This document shows, in pieces, positions 20,679-32,324 of a DNA stretch of 64,000 nt. Within the stretch, counting starts at the first letter, position 1. Each line of letters begins with the position of its first letter. Source of the DNA: an uncultured Gemmatimonadales bacterium (lineage in GTDB: Bacteria; Gemmatimonadota; Gemmatimonadetes; Gemmatimonadales; Gemmatimonadaceae); NCBI GenBank assembly GCA_963707505.1, contig CAVPQB010000004.1:480001-544000 (forward strand), given 5' to 3'. The position numbers and the translations under genes were made by a program. The notes beneath the pieces are model-generated. The model worked only from the letters and a program-made list of their open reading frames with translations, made no database searches and was not told the origin of the DNA.

Positions 20679-23600
20679 CTACTTGGCGTCCAGCTTTCGG
20701 CCCGCGTTGAGATGATCGAAGTTCAGGATCGTGTTGAACACGAGGGGATAGCTGCCGATCGTCTCGCCGCGATAGATCGGGTTGTTCGCGAACAGGACCA
20801 CATGTCCCTTCTCGCAGCGGAACGTCGACCACGACCGGGCGTCTGCGCGATGTCGCTGCCGCCGTCGAGCAGGCCGGAGACGAGCAGGTCGCGCTGATCG
20901 GTGAAGCGTACCGCAACGCGCGGCCGCTGTCGGGCGGGATGATCGATGAGCGGATTGCGCAGCTGCTCGTCGGTGATCGGTGCCGCCTGCCACGGCTCGA
21001 CGGTCACGCGAGGCGGCGCCATCGTTGCGCGGTGCAAGCGAGGTCGGCCCTGCGGCACGTCGGGATCGTCCGCCGTGCCGCGGCCCGTCGGCCGCGCACC
21101 GCGCTCGCCACCGCCGAAACGACTTCCCCGCCGCGACCGCCGCGGACGTTGCTCACGCTGAAGCTCTCGCCCTCTTCGCTGTACAACGGCGAGGCTGTCC
21201 GACACGCCGTACACGATCGGGCTCGCGTCGTCCACGATGCGCGTGCGCAGCAGGGTACCGACGACCTCGCCGCGTCCTGCCTGATTCGCGCTGACGCCGT
21301 TCGCGAGTCCGAACTGGATCGCGAAATCTGCGGTGTTCTGGACAGTGACGAGCACGCCGCCGCGCTGCACGAAGCCTTCGAGATTCTCGAACTCCCTGGC
21401 AGCCGAGTCCGGGACGGATGTCGTCGGTCTGGCCCAGCGTCCCGATGTTCGGCGTGAGCGGAGTCTTCTTCCACGGCATCGGATTCCGCCACATCGGCAT
21501 CCCTGGACGATCGCCTGCGCGTTCCGCCGGCCGGCGGAAAAAGAATCACGTCGTACTTCGCGTTCAGATTCGGATTCTTCGCGACGTCCTGACGTCTGAT
21601 GTAGTCGTACGGGATGTGGAGGACGTCGAACGCCTGGCGCCACCAGCCTTCGGTCTGCGTGCTCGGCCACGTGTGCAGGATCGCGACGCGCGCCGCGCGC
21701 GCGGGATGCATTGCAACGATCGGCGCGGCACGGAATCGCGTACGCTTGAGACACCGAGCTCGCGCGCCGCCTTGTCGAGATCGCCGCTGCGACGTTGCCG
21801 ATGACGAACGAGCCGCGATCGAAGTGCTTGCCCGTCGGCCTCGAACGGCTCTTCGGCGGCCTGGAAATCGGCGTTACGCGAGCCGATAGCGCAGCGTCGC
21901 GAGCGCGTTGTCGCCGTTGTGGTTGATCGCGAACACGGTCCCGGTGCCGGTCACGCCGCCCGGCGCCTGTGATCGTCGCCGGTGACGCGCTCCATCGGCA
22001 CGTCGAGCACCTGTCGGATCCGACGACGCGCACCGCGCTGCACGGCGAAATCCTCCGGGAAAGGTCCAGCCGGTGTCGTCGTACGGAGTCTTCTGCGGAT
22101 CGTTCGGGCTCCAGTACTGATAGTCGAGCAGCGCGTCGGCGATGCGCGAGTACGGCTGGTCCATGCGGATGATGTAGCTGCCGGCCGGAAACTGCGCGGC
22201 GTTTCGGTGCGCGCGTAGTACTGGGTGCCGCGGGCTGCGCGCTGCTGCGACTGCGGTCCGCGCTGTCGCGCCGCGTCTCGCGCGCCCCGCGCTGCGCGAG
22301 CCCTCGGCACCTGTGCACCGTGAACGGCGCCGTCGCGCGCGAGATCTCGACGTGCTGCTTCTGGAGGATCGCGCAGCAGCTCGGCCTGCGCGCCGGGACG
22401 CGGGTCATCCGCGGGAAGTACGTACGCGGCCGGCCCTTCGGTGTTCGCCTTCAGAATCGAGCGCTTGCTCTTCTCGTAGAAGTTCTCGAGGAACTGCTGG
22501 CGATTGTTCGCGAAGTAGCTGAGCGAGACGAGCAAGCCGGTCTGCTCGTAGTTGTTGTTGTTGCGGAGCGACCACTTCACGCGCGGCAGCGGCGGATTCT
22601 GGCGGTACCACGTCCGCGCCGTCTCGCTCGGCGACAGCGTGCGCTCCAGCGTCTCGGCCGTGCCGCCGTTGCCGAACGTCTCGTACAGGCGGCTGATGCC
22701 GTTGTGCGTCGCGGCCATGAACATCAGGTAGCCCGGCGACCACGTGTCGAAATCGCCGTGCGCGAAGACGCCCGGCATGCCGAGGCGCGTCATCTCCTGC
22801 ACGTTGTTCCAGCCGATCATCTGCCATTCGTTCGTGAGCAGCGGATCGAGCCACGCGTTGTACGGCCCGTCGCCGATCGTGTTGTCGTACAGGTACGGCA
22901 CCGACTCGTGCAGATCGTGCAGCACCTGCGCTTTCCAGTCGACGTACGTGTTCAGCACGTTCTGCGAGAGCTTGAGCGTCATCCCCATCGCGTCGCGGTT
23001 GTTGTCGTGCGCGACGTAGTGGCCCCAGTAGATGAGATTGCGGAGTACGTCTCGTTCGGGATGCGCCATGTGCCAGCGGAACAGATCGACCATCGCGGTC
23101 GCGCCCGTCGACTTCGACGATCGGCGTGATGAGCGTGATGAGGTGGTCGCGGATGTTGCTTGATGTACGGGCTCTCATCCACGGCGAGCCGATAGGCGAG
23201 CTCCATCAGCGCCGTCGGCGCGCCGGACTCGGTCGAGTGGATCGTGCCCGTGATGTAGTAGACCGGCGTCGTCGTCGCGCGACGATGCTGCGCGGCCTCC
23301 GCGTCGTTCATGTTGATCGTGCGCGGATCGGCGAGCTTCGCGAGCTTCGCCTTGTTCGTCGTCGAGCTTGGCCATCAGCGACTCCGACGCGACCGCGACG
23401 GCGATCATCTCGCGCCCTTCTTCCGTCGTGCCGATCGAGTACACTCTGCACGCGCGGACTCGCCTTGGCGAGCAGGCGCATGTACGCGTAGACCTCCTTC
23501 GAGTACGGGAGATTGTCGCGCGCGCCGGCGATGTCGCCGAGGACCGCTTTCGGCGTCGGGACGGTCTTCGACGCCGGCAGATAGTCGACGAGCGGCGAGA

Positions 23601-23791
23601 GGAAGAACGGCTCGGTGGTGTACTCGCGAATCTTGTCGCGTGTACGCGTCATCGATCGGCTGATTCGGATCGCGCCCTGGTGCCGCCGTCGATATTTCGA
23701 CGCTGCTGGCCTGGGGCGCCTGTGCGCGCATGGCGACTGGTGCGCCGATCAATGGAAGCAGCAGCGCGACGGCGAGTGAGCGACGATCCAT
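20679..23791 (-). CDS. Large secreted M14 zinc-carboxypeptidase-family protein, fragmented by more than 10 apparent frameshifts
   Basis: Consecutive ORF pieces in different frames: signal VAMRA|Q, SIGTTEEGRE, GTIHSTE, VEVDGRDR, HDNNRD, LHDLHE, LYETF, MDQPYSRIADALL, C-terminal LFANNPIYRGET. Confidence 0.8.
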
Positions 23792-23932
23792 GAATATTCT
23801 CATCGAATGGGCTGTGGAAATGGCAGGGGAAGCGACGGTGGCAAAGCAGAATCGGTCATCCGGACGTACAGAATGCAGATTATACCGGCGATACGGAAGC
23901 ACCGCCGCACACTTACCTCTGGAAAAATCTGA

Positions 23933-26066
23933 ATGATTATCGATCGGGTAGCCCGCCGCCTAACGCTGCCACGCCTGCTAGGTCTCGCAACTGCCGCCGG
24001 GATCCTGATCGGGTCTCCCGTTCGTGCGCAGGATCGCCTGAGGGCGATGCCGGAGTACGCGCGTTATCACAGACTCAGCGCAGAGATATTGAGCTCGGTC
24101 ACGAGCGCCGCCATCCGGCCGGTATGGGTCGATAGCGGAAAGGCGTTCGAGTATGAGTTTGGTGGCCAGCGGTACCACTATGACGTCGCCAAACGCGTGG
24201 CAACTGTTTCCGGCGCCGTCGATGCGGCCGCCGAGCTGGCAGCGCGGCGCGCGCGACTCGCCGGTGGCCCGGAGCGTGGACGCCAATTCGAGTCTGCGTT
24301 GTCTCCGGACGGCAAGCTCAAGGCGTTCTACCGCGACCGCAACATGTGGCTCAGCGATGCCAGCGGAGCCGGCGAGATTGCGCTCACCACCGACGGAAGC
24401 GTCCCCAATCGCATCAAGAACGGCACAGCTTCGTGGGTGTATGGCGAGGAGCTGGATCAGCGCACCGCCATGTGGTGGTCGCCGGACGGGTCGAAGATCG
24501 CCTATTATCGCTTCGACGAGAGCAAGGTCCCCGATTACTACATCGGGATGAATCAGACCGGGCTGCACACGACGGTCGATGTCGAGGCCTTCCCTCAACC
24601 CGGTGTGCCCAATCCGATCGTCGACCTGTTCGTGTATGACGTCGCCAAAAAGACCACGACTCGCATCGATGTGCGCGATGGAAAACCATTCGATAATACC
24701 GTCGTCGGCCATTACGTCTATCACGTGGACTGGAGTCCCGACGGACACGAAATCACCTTCAATCGCACGAACCGCCGCCAGAACGTTCTCGAGTTCACCG
24801 CGTGCGATCCCTCCAGCGGAAAATGCCGAGTGGTGGTGCGTGATGCATGGCCCGCAAGCTGGGTCGCGAACAATCCGGAGATGACGCTACCTCGCCGACG
24901 GCAGGCGCTTTATCTGGGAATCGGAGCGTAACGGTTTCCGTAATTATTATCTGTACGACCTGACGGGCAAGCTGCTCTCGACTCTCACCAGCAACCAGTT
25001 CGACGCAGGAGAGATCGCCCGCGTCGACGAGAAGGCGGGCGTCATGTACTACACCGCCCACGATGGTGACAACGCGATGAAGATGCAGCTGCGTCGCGTT
25101 GACCTGAACGGCCGTAACGACCGTCGGCTCACCGATCCTGCCTTCGATCATACGATAAGCTTCGCACCGGACGGAAAATACTTTGTCGACGTCGCGCAAA
25201 CTCACGATCGGCCGCCGATAGCACAGCTCGTTACAGCCGCCGGTAAGGTCGTTGCCCAGATCGCCAGGAGCGACATGACGAAGTTCGACCAGCTCGGTCT
25301 CAAGCGCGTGGAAATGTTCAGCTACAAGGCGGGTGACGGAACGACGATGCTGAACGGGATGCTGCACTTTCCTTCCAACTTCGACCCGAACAAGAAGTAT
25401 CCGCTGCTCGTCAGCGTCTATGGCGGCCCCAATACCAACGGTGCAAGTGAAACCTTCACGCTTCCGAATCGACTCACCGAGCTCGGATTTCTGGTAGCCA
25501 CCCTCGACTCACGAAGCGCCGACGGCCGCGGCAAGCATTTCCTCGACGCCATCTACGAGAAGCTCGGCATCGTCGAGATCGACGATCAGGCCGCGGGTGT
25601 CCGTGCACTCGACGCGCGCCCATACGTCGACCGCAATCGGGTTGGAATTTACGGCACGTCGTACGGCGGATACGCGTCGCTCATGTCACTGCTTCGCTAT
25701 CCAGATCTCTTCGCAGCGGCATGCAGCATGTCGCCGCCGACGGACTGGCGCAACTACGACACCATCTATACCGAGCGATATATGTGGATCCCGGAGGAAA
25801 ACGCCGCGGGCTACGATGCAGGAAGCGCGATGACCTACGCATCCCAGCTCAAGGGGCGGCTGATGCTCTACTACGGAACCGCCGACAACAATGTCCACAA
25901 CTCGAACACCATGCAGATGATCACCGCGCTGCAGAGGGCAGGCAAGAGCTTCGATGTACAGGTCGGGCCGGACCAGGGTCATTCCGCCCTGAATTCCGAG
26001 CGGATGATGGAATTTTTCATCGACAATTTGCCGGCCAACACGGACGTATCTGTTGTCACCCACTAG
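23933..26066 (+). CDS. Secreted S9B dipeptidyl-peptidase IV-like protein, one apparent frameshift at ~24887
   Basis: Signal SPVRA|Q; WVYGEEL, WWSPDGSKIAY, GTSYGG nucleophile motif, GTADNNVH, GH. The bridging frame reads YLADGRRFIWESERNGFRNYYLYDL. Confidence 0.9.
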
Positions 26067-26102
26067 CCCAATCCGCGGTCGCCGTTTTTCTTCATTGGAT
26101 CA

Positions 26103-27710
26103 ATGGCGACCGCAGCAGCAGTACCCGCGAATGCCTCCGAATCGGAGGAGCTGAACCCCTACCGCTGGATCATCCTGGCCGGGCTCATAACGGCAGCGAT
26201 AATGGAGGTGCTCGATACCACCATCGTCAACGTCGCACTTCCCCAGATGGCCGGAAACCTGGGCGCCACGCTCGAGGAAATCGGCTGGGTTCTCACAGGC
26301 TATATACTATCGAACGTCGTCGTCCTCCCGATGACGGCGTTCCTCACTGAAACCTTCGGCCGGAAAAACTACCTCACGGCGTCGATCATCATCTTCGTCG
26401 TTGCGTCGTTTCTCTGCGGCACATCCACCAGCCTCACCGAGATCGTCATCTGGCGAATCGTTCAGGGCGCCGGTGGCGCAGCCCTGCTTTCCACCGCTCA
26501 GGCCACGATCCGTCAGATCTTCCCCCGCGATCAGCAGGGCATGGTCCAGGCGATCTTCATACTCGGCATCATCGTCGCCCCAACGCTTGGTCCAACCCTG
26601 GGCGGCTGGATAACGGACAACTACAGCTGGAACTGGTGTTTCTTCATCAATATTCCGATAGGAATCATCTCGGCGTTCCTCGTCAGCACGTTTCTCCACG
26701 ACCCCCCCGGCAAGCGAGGCAGGGAAGGCGGGATCGATTTCGCCGGGATCCTGCTGCTCATGGTCGGCGTGGGATCCTTGCAGTACGTCCTCGAGGAAGG
26801 CAACCGCAACGACTGGTTCGCAGATTCACTCATCCTGCGTCTCTCAATCATCTCCGGCATCTGTCTCGTCGTGATGCTCTGGTGGGAGCTGTCGTCGCGG
26901 AACAAGCACCCGGTTGTCGACTTCAGAGTCCTCAAGAACCGCCAGCTGTCGGCGTCGATCTTCCTCTTCATCGCGCTTGGCTTTGGTCTCTATGGCGGTA
27001 CCTTCATCTTCCCGCTCTTCACCCAGACCATACTCGGCCTGACCCCCCTGGACACCGGTCTAGCGCTGCTGCCGGGAGGAATCGCAACCGCGGTTGCCGC
27101 AATCATCTGCGGCAAGCTTCTGAATGGAGCCAAGCCGATGGTGGACGCGCGCATCCTTATAGTGATCGGTATTTCCATCTTCACCGTCGCCATGTGGAAG
27201 CTGGGCCACCTCACGCCACAGGCGGGCGAGGGCGACGTTCGATACGCATTGATCTATCGTGGCTTCGCGCTTGGCTTCCTCTTCACGCCTATCAATAACG
27301 TCGCCTACGGCGTATTGGAGCCAAGCGAGGCGCAGCAGGCCTCCGGCCTCATCAATCTGTCGCGCCAACTGGGTGGCTCGTTCGGCATCGCGATTCTGAG
27401 CACGTATGTGACCACCCACGCCCAGATTCACCGCGCCGATCTGATCACAAATCTATATTCGACCAATCCAGCACTGGTCGCGCGCCAGCAAAGCGTGATC
27501 GCTGGTCTCATGGCTCAGGGGATGCCCGCGGTAACCGCCGCCAGAACATGGTACGCCATGCTCGAAGGTACCCTGGAGCGGCAGGCGTCCATGCTCAGCT
27601 ACAACGATGCGTGGATCATGATCATGCTCACGTTTATTGTCGTCTCTCCAGCCGTGCTCCTCCTCAGGGCTCCCCGCCCGAGGAGCGGCCCAGCGCCGGA
27701 CATGCACTAG
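26103..27710 (+). CDS. DHA2 (EmrB/QacA-type) MFS efflux permease
   Basis: MEVLDTTIVNVALP, FGRKNY, APTLGPTLGGWITDNYSWNWCFFINIPIG; about 14 TM segments. Confidence 0.93.
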   Translation: MATAAAVPANASESEELNPYRWIILAGLITAAIMEVLDTTIVNVALPQMAGNLGATLEEIGWVLTGYILSNVVVLPMTAFLTETFGRKNYLTASIIIFVVASFLCGTSTSLTEIVIWRIVQGAGGAALLSTAQATIRQIFPRDQQGMVQAIFILGIIVAPTLGPTLGGWITDNYSWNWCFFINIPIGIISAFLVSTFLHDPPGKRGREGGIDFAGILLLMVGVGSLQYVLEEGNRNDWFADSLILRLSIISGICLVVMLWWELSSRNKHPVVDFRVLKNRQLSASIFLFIALGFGLYGGTFIFPLFTQTILGLTPLDTGLALLPGGIATAVAAIICGKLLNGAKPMVDARILIVIGISIFTVAMWKLGHLTPQAGEGDVRYALIYRGFALGFLFTPINNVAYGVLEPSEAQQASGLINLSRQLGGSFGIAILSTYVTTHAQIHRADLITNLYSTNPALVARQQSVIAGLMAQGMPAVTAARTWYAMLEGTLERQASMLSYNDAWIMIMLTFIVVSPAVLLLRAPRPRSGPAPDMH

Positions 27711-27810
27711 CAGTAAGGGGCGCGGGACACATCCGCGCCCTGTCGTTCGCGGATATATCCACGCATGGCCTCCGTGCGTGCGATCGAACCCCGATTGACG
27801 AGATTCCGCA

Positions 27811-27835
27811 CAACCTCCAGCCCGATCCCGCCGTC
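27811..27835 (+). promoter_or_regulatory. Possible ECF-type autoregulatory promoter
   Basis: CAACC-N16-CGTC directly upstream of the ECF sigma gene; fits the generic AAC/CGT ECF consensus. Confidence 0.35.
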
Positions 27836-27847
27836 CAAGGAGAGACA

Positions 27848-28420
27848 ATGACGGCACCCGTAACCGACATCACATCCGCGCGGTCCGAGCGAGAGCTCGT
27901 CACCCGCGCCGGCTCTGGAGATCCCGCCGCACAGCGCGATCTCTACGACCGGCACGTGGATCGTGTGTATCGAGTGGCCTTCAGATTGGCCGGCGACGAC
28001 GACGCCGCACGCGATATAACGCAGGAAACGTTCATTCGCGCATTCGGGAGACTCGGGGAGTTCAGGCATGAATCAACGCTCGGCACGTGGCTGCACAGTA
28101 TCGCGGTTTCCATCGCACTCGGTGCTCTGCGCAAACAATCACGCATGGACAAACGGCACGCGCCACTCGATGCTGCCGCGGATGTTGGACGCAATGATAA
28201 CAACGCTGACGTCGATCTCCGAGAGCAATTGCATGCGGCGATCGACGCGCTGCCAGCCGGATACCGCACAGTGTTCGTGATGTATGAGATCGAGGGGTTC
28301 AGCCATCAGGAAATTGCACGCACTCTCGGTGTCGCCGAAACGACATCCAAGGGACAGCTATTTCGGGCGCGCGCAAAGCTGCGCGAATCGCTCAAGCATT
28401 TCGCGAGGGACAAACAATGA
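27848..28420 (+). CDS. ECF RNA polymerase sigma-70 factor
   Basis: AAGGAG RBS; region 2 DITQETFIRAF...TWLHSIA and region 4 LPAGYRTVFVMYEIEGFSHQEIA...LFRARAKL. Confidence 0.93.
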   Translation: MTAPVTDITSARSERELVTRAGSGDPAAQRDLYDRHVDRVYRVAFRLAGDDDAARDITQETFIRAFGRLGEFRHESTLGTWLHSIAVSIALGALRKQSRMDKRHAPLDAAADVGRNDNNADVDLREQLHAAIDALPAGYRTVFVMYEIEGFSHQEIARTLGVAETTSKGQLFRARAKLRESLKHFARDKQ

Positions 28421-29279
28421 GCCACGACAACTACACCCACGACCAGGATCCGGGCGATTCACTGGAACCGATGGTGAACGATGCCCAGGACGCGGAGCTC
28501 GACGCGCTTCTTGCCCGGTTCGGCGCGGATTACAATCGACCACCCGACATCGTGCCGCGCGAAGAGATGTGGCACGAGATACGGAAGCAGGGCGAGCTCC
28601 GGCGATCGATTCGTAGGCGGCCAGTATGGGGCGTGCTCGTGGCGGCTGGTCTCCTGCTCGGCGTCGGCATTGGAATCGGTGTGGAAGTGCACTCACGCGT
28701 CGGGCCACACGCGAGTCCACTCGCGCAGAGCGCTCCGCAGAGCGTGCAGGCGCGCAGAGTGCGCCTCAGGTAGCGGTCGCGGTGCCGCAGCCGCGCGATT
28801 CCACCATCGATACCGGCGACGCGACTGAGACCAGGAGCCTGCAACCACTACCGGCCCATACTCGCATCACAGCGAATCATGGAACGTATGCGACTGTCGA
28901 CGGCGCGGCGGGATCGAACGCCGCTGCGCGCTCGCAAGCGTATACACTGGCGACGGTTCGCCATTTCACAGCGGTCGAGGCTTTACTTACCTCGTACCAG
29001 ACCGAGGCGCACGACGCGCGCGGTGACGCCGAAATGGCATCGTGGGCGCGTGCTCTGCTGTCGCAGACGCGTTTGCTGCTCGATTCGCCCGCCGCCGCCG
29101 ATCCAGCGCGACAGAGACTATTGCAGGACCTCGAGCTCGTGCTCGTTCAGATGACCCAACTATCACCGGCGAACACGCCGATCGATCGAGAGATGATCGA
29201 CGGATCGGTTCGCCATTCCGATGTCATAACGCGACTTCGTACCGCAGTACCGGCGGGCGTCGCAACGCACCTACAATAA
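28417..29279 (+). CDS. Putative single-pass anti-sigma factor, one apparent frameshift at ~28750
   Basis: ATGA overlap with the sigma gene; cytoplasmic YNRPP..PREEMWHEI, TM segment WGVLVAAGLLLGVGIG; helical C-terminal domain in ORF 28626..29279. Confidence 0.65.
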
Positions 29280-29291
29280 GGAAGGATCGAC

Positions 29292-30689
29292 ATGAAGCTC
29301 TACATAATCTGCGCGATCGCGGCCTCGCTCTCGATTCCAGCGCCGCGAGCGTTCGCAGCAGCGGCTGCGGCAGATAACTCGGCCACACGCAGTGGTGCTA
29401 CATCCGCGCTCTTCGGTCCGGCGACCGCCGATCCCGCTGACTCTCTGTATCGCAGCGCTCGCGATGCGCTCACCAAGGGCGACTACGATCGCGCTGCGAA
29501 GCTGTTCCACGAAGTCGGCGTACGCTATCCACAGTCGTCGCTGTTGCCGGATGCGATGTACTACGAGGCCTTCGCTCAGTATCGCTCAGGCGGCGCTGCG
29601 TCGATGCGCACGGCGCACAACATTCTTGCAACGCTCCAACAGCGTTTCCCTGCCTTTGGCCGTCGCAGCGACGCAGCCACGCTCGCGACGCGAATATGCG
29701 GAGAGCTCGCACAACAGGGCGATGCTACCTGCGCTGCAAGTATAGCGGCCCAGGCTTCCGGAACTGCTTCGGGCAGTTCCACTGCGCGCGGTGCTGCGTC
29801 GGCCAAGTGCGTCAACGAAGACGACGATGAGCGTGTTGCCGCCCTCAACGCGCTGCTGCAGATGGACGCGGATCGTGCCGAGCCAATCCTCGAAAAGGTG
29901 CTCGCGCGCCGGGATGAGTGCTCCGCGTCGCTTCGCAGAAAGGCTGTATTCCTCGTGGCCCAGAAGCAGTCGCCACAAGCCGTGGACGTATTGCTCCACG
30001 TAGCACAGACGGACCCCGACGCCGATGTCCGTGGTCAGGCTGTCTTCTGGTTGTCTCAGGTGCACAGTGACCGCGCTGTGAGTGTGCTGTCGGACATACT
30101 GCACAAGTCGTCCGATCAGGAACTCCGCGACAAGGCGCTCTTCGCGCTTGGCCAGTCGGACGGCGAACGTGGGACGAGCATTCTTCGCGCATACGCGTCC
30201 GATGCGTCGCAGCCGAGCGCACTACGCAGCAAGGCGATCTTCTGGCTCGGCCAGCAGAAGGGTGGAGTGCCGAATGCCCAGTTCCTTCGTGACCTCTATG
30301 CAAAGCTCACCGACGATGATCTCAAAAACCAGACGCTTTTCGCAATTTCGCAGGGCTCGTCGCCCGATCGCGCAGAATGGCTGCTGCAGCTGGCGCAGCG
30401 CGGTAATGAGAGTGTCGAGAACAGAAAGCGTGCGCTCTTCCTCGCCGGTCAGGCTGGAGCTTCGATCCCGCAGCTAAGCCGTCTCTACGATGCGCTGCCG
30501 CCGGGCGAGCTTCGGGAGCAGATGATTTTCGTCTTCTCTCAGAGTCGCGAGCCTGCTGCGCTCGACAAGCTCATTTCCATCGCGCGCACCGACAAGGATA
30601 CCGAGTCGCGCAAGAAGGCGATCTTCTGGCTCGGACAGTCACACGATCCACGTGCAATCAAGGCCATCACCGAGGTACTCGACAAGTGA
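29292..30689 (+). CDS. Secreted protein with TPR/BamD-like N-terminal helices and HEAT-like repeats
   Basis: Signal peptide; ADSLYRSARDAL...YPQS..LPDAMYYEAFAQY; about 8 repeats of type R.KA.FWLGQ. Confidence 0.85.
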   Translation: MKLYIICAIAASLSIPAPRAFAAAAAADNSATRSGATSALFGPATADPADSLYRSARDALTKGDYDRAAKLFHEVGVRYPQSSLLPDAMYYEAFAQYRSGGAASMRTAHNILATLQQRFPAFGRRSDAATLATRICGELAQQGDATCAASIAAQASGTASGSSTARGAASAKCVNEDDDERVAALNALLQMDADRAEPILEKVLARRDECSASLRRKAVFLVAQKQSPQAVDVLLHVAQTDPDADVRGQAVFWLSQVHSDRAVSVLSDILHKSSDQELRDKALFALGQSDGERGTSILRAYASDASQPSALRSKAIFWLGQQKGGVPNAQFLRDLYAKLTDDDLKNQTLFAISQGSSPDRAEWLLQLAQRGNESVENRKRALFLAGQAGASIPQLSRLYDALPPGELREQMIFVFSQSREPAALDKLISIARTDKDTESRKKAIFWLGQSHDPRAIKAITEVLDK

Positions 30690-31522
30690 TAGGAGATTCG
30701 ATTTTCCCCAGCGCGCGAACAATTCTCGCGCTCGCAGTGCTCGCGGCCACATCCGTCTCTGCCGGTGCGCAGTCAGGCCAATCGATCGCGGACCGCGTGC
30801 GTTCGGCGCCGGATGGAACAGTGCGGTTCACATTCCGCGCCCGTCCGGATGTATGTGGCTCCGGCAATTCGGTTTATGTCGGCAACAATGGAAGTCGCAA
30901 TACGTCCGGACAACGCAACACCGCAGATGTCGAATGGGACGCCGATTGCGGGCGCGGTCCGGTGCGTATCGTGCTCGACGTGCACGATCACACGGTGACG
31001 GGCCTCAGATCATATGTCGGCGGACGCTGGCGTCCGGTGACCGGCGTCACCGATCTTGGCGACCTCGCGCCACAGACCGCCGCTGCTTACCTCATTGCAC
31101 TCGCGAAGCAATCATCTGTCGCGGTTGGGAAAAAAGCCATCTTTCCTGCCACGCTTGGCGACAGTGTGGTCATCTGGCCTCAGCTGATGCAGATCGCGCG
31201 TGACGCAAGCATACCCAGCGAGATCAGACGTGACGCCGTCTTCTGGCTCGGCCAGATGGCCGGCGACACTGTTACCGCAAATCTCTCTCAGTTGGTCGCA
31301 GAAGACACTGTCGATCGTGCAGTCCGCGAGAGCGCCGTATTCGCACTATCGCAGCAACCCCACGGCGAGGGAGTGCCGGCTCTGATTCACGTCGCCCAGA
31401 CCAATCGCGATCCGTCCGTACGGAAAAAGGCGCTCTTCTGGCTCGGACAGTCGAACGATCCACGGGCCCTTACATTGTTCGAGAATATCCTGGCCGGTTC
31501 GGGCAAGTCCGGGCGACAATAG
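30686..31522 (+). CDS. Secreted HEAT-like repeat protein
   Basis: GTGA overlap; signal SAGA|Q; repeats RRDAVFWLGQ, RESAVFALSQ, RKKALFWLGQ. Confidence 0.85.
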   Translation: MIGDSIFPSARTILALAVLAATSVSAGAQSGQSIADRVRSAPDGTVRFTFRARPDVCGSGNSVYVGNNGSRNTSGQRNTADVEWDADCGRGPVRIVLDVHDHTVTGLRSYVGGRWRPVTGVTDLGDLAPQTAAAYLIALAKQSSVAVGKKAIFPATLGDSVVIWPQLMQIARDASIPSEIRRDAVFWLGQMAGDTVTANLSQLVAEDTVDRAVRESAVFALSQQPHGEGVPALIHVAQTNRDPSVRKKALFWLGQSNDPRALTLFENILAGSGKSGRQ

Positions 31523-31609
31523 AACCATTTTGCTCGTCCTGGCGTACATATTCCAGACAGATACGCGGTACGGAATGTGCCCGATCAACCCTACTTCAGG
31601 ACGCGCACG

Positions 31610-32158
31610 ATGTTCTCGCTCAACAGGTACGTACTCGGGATCACGTTGGGTCTTGCAGTCGCAGCGTCGTCTGCGCCTGCTGCACAGGCACAGCAATACT
31701 CGATGAAGAATATGATCCACTACAAAAAACCGTCAGACTCCGAGCTGCACAACAAGCTGACTCGCGAGCAGTTCGACGTTACGCAGAACGCAGCTACAGA
31801 GACGCCGTTCCACAACGAGTACTGGAACAATCACAATCCGGGGATTTACGTCGACATAGTTTCCGGCGAGCCGCTGTTCAGCTCTACCGACAAGTTCGAT
31901 TCTGGAACGGGTTGGCCGAGTTTCACCAAGCCTCTCGTATCTGCGAACATAAAGACCGATACCGACCATCTACTCGGCTACGCCAGAACAGAGGTTCGAT
32001 CAGCGCACGCGAACTCTCATCTGGGCCATCTGTTCGACGACGGTCCCAAACCAACGGGAAACCGTTACTGCATGAATTCAGCGTCGCTCCGCTTCGTTCC
32101 CGTAGATCAGCTCCAGGCGCAGGGCTACGGCGAATATCTGAGTCTATTCAAGAAGTAA
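31610..32158 (+). CDS. msrB: Methionine-R-sulfoxide reductase with signal peptide
   Basis: [39 protein letters not shown]; leader ending AAQA|Q. Confidence 0.93.
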   Translation: MFSLNRYVLGITLGLAVAASSAPAAQAQQYSMKNMIHYKKPSDSELHNKLTREQFDVTQNAATETPFHNEYWNNHNPGIYVDIVSGEPLFSSTDKFDSGTGWPSFTKPLVSANIKTDTDHLLGYARTEVRSAHANSHLGHLFDDGPKPTGNRYCMNSASLRFVPVDQLQAQGYGEYLSLFKK

Positions 32159-32324
32159 CGGAGGCGGCCGTTTTCCGCTGGCCGCAGATCGATAGCAACG
32201 TCATTTTCCGTACGTTCGGCGATCGCCCACCAACTCGCGCCAGCCCGGAAATGGGAAGTGTGAGATTGAACGGCACCACGGCTCGCGCACGAACATGTAC
32301 GGAAACATGTACGGAACGCTCCTC

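Noticed and set aside
27718..27740. Hairpin GGGCGCGG/CCGCGCCC after the MFS gene
   Set aside because: Short GC stem with no U-tract; too weak to call a terminator.
32293..32317. Direct repeat AACATGTACGGA x2 between msrB and pepN
   Set aside because: Only two short copies in a convergent 3' region with no spacers; not CRISPR and no supportable function.
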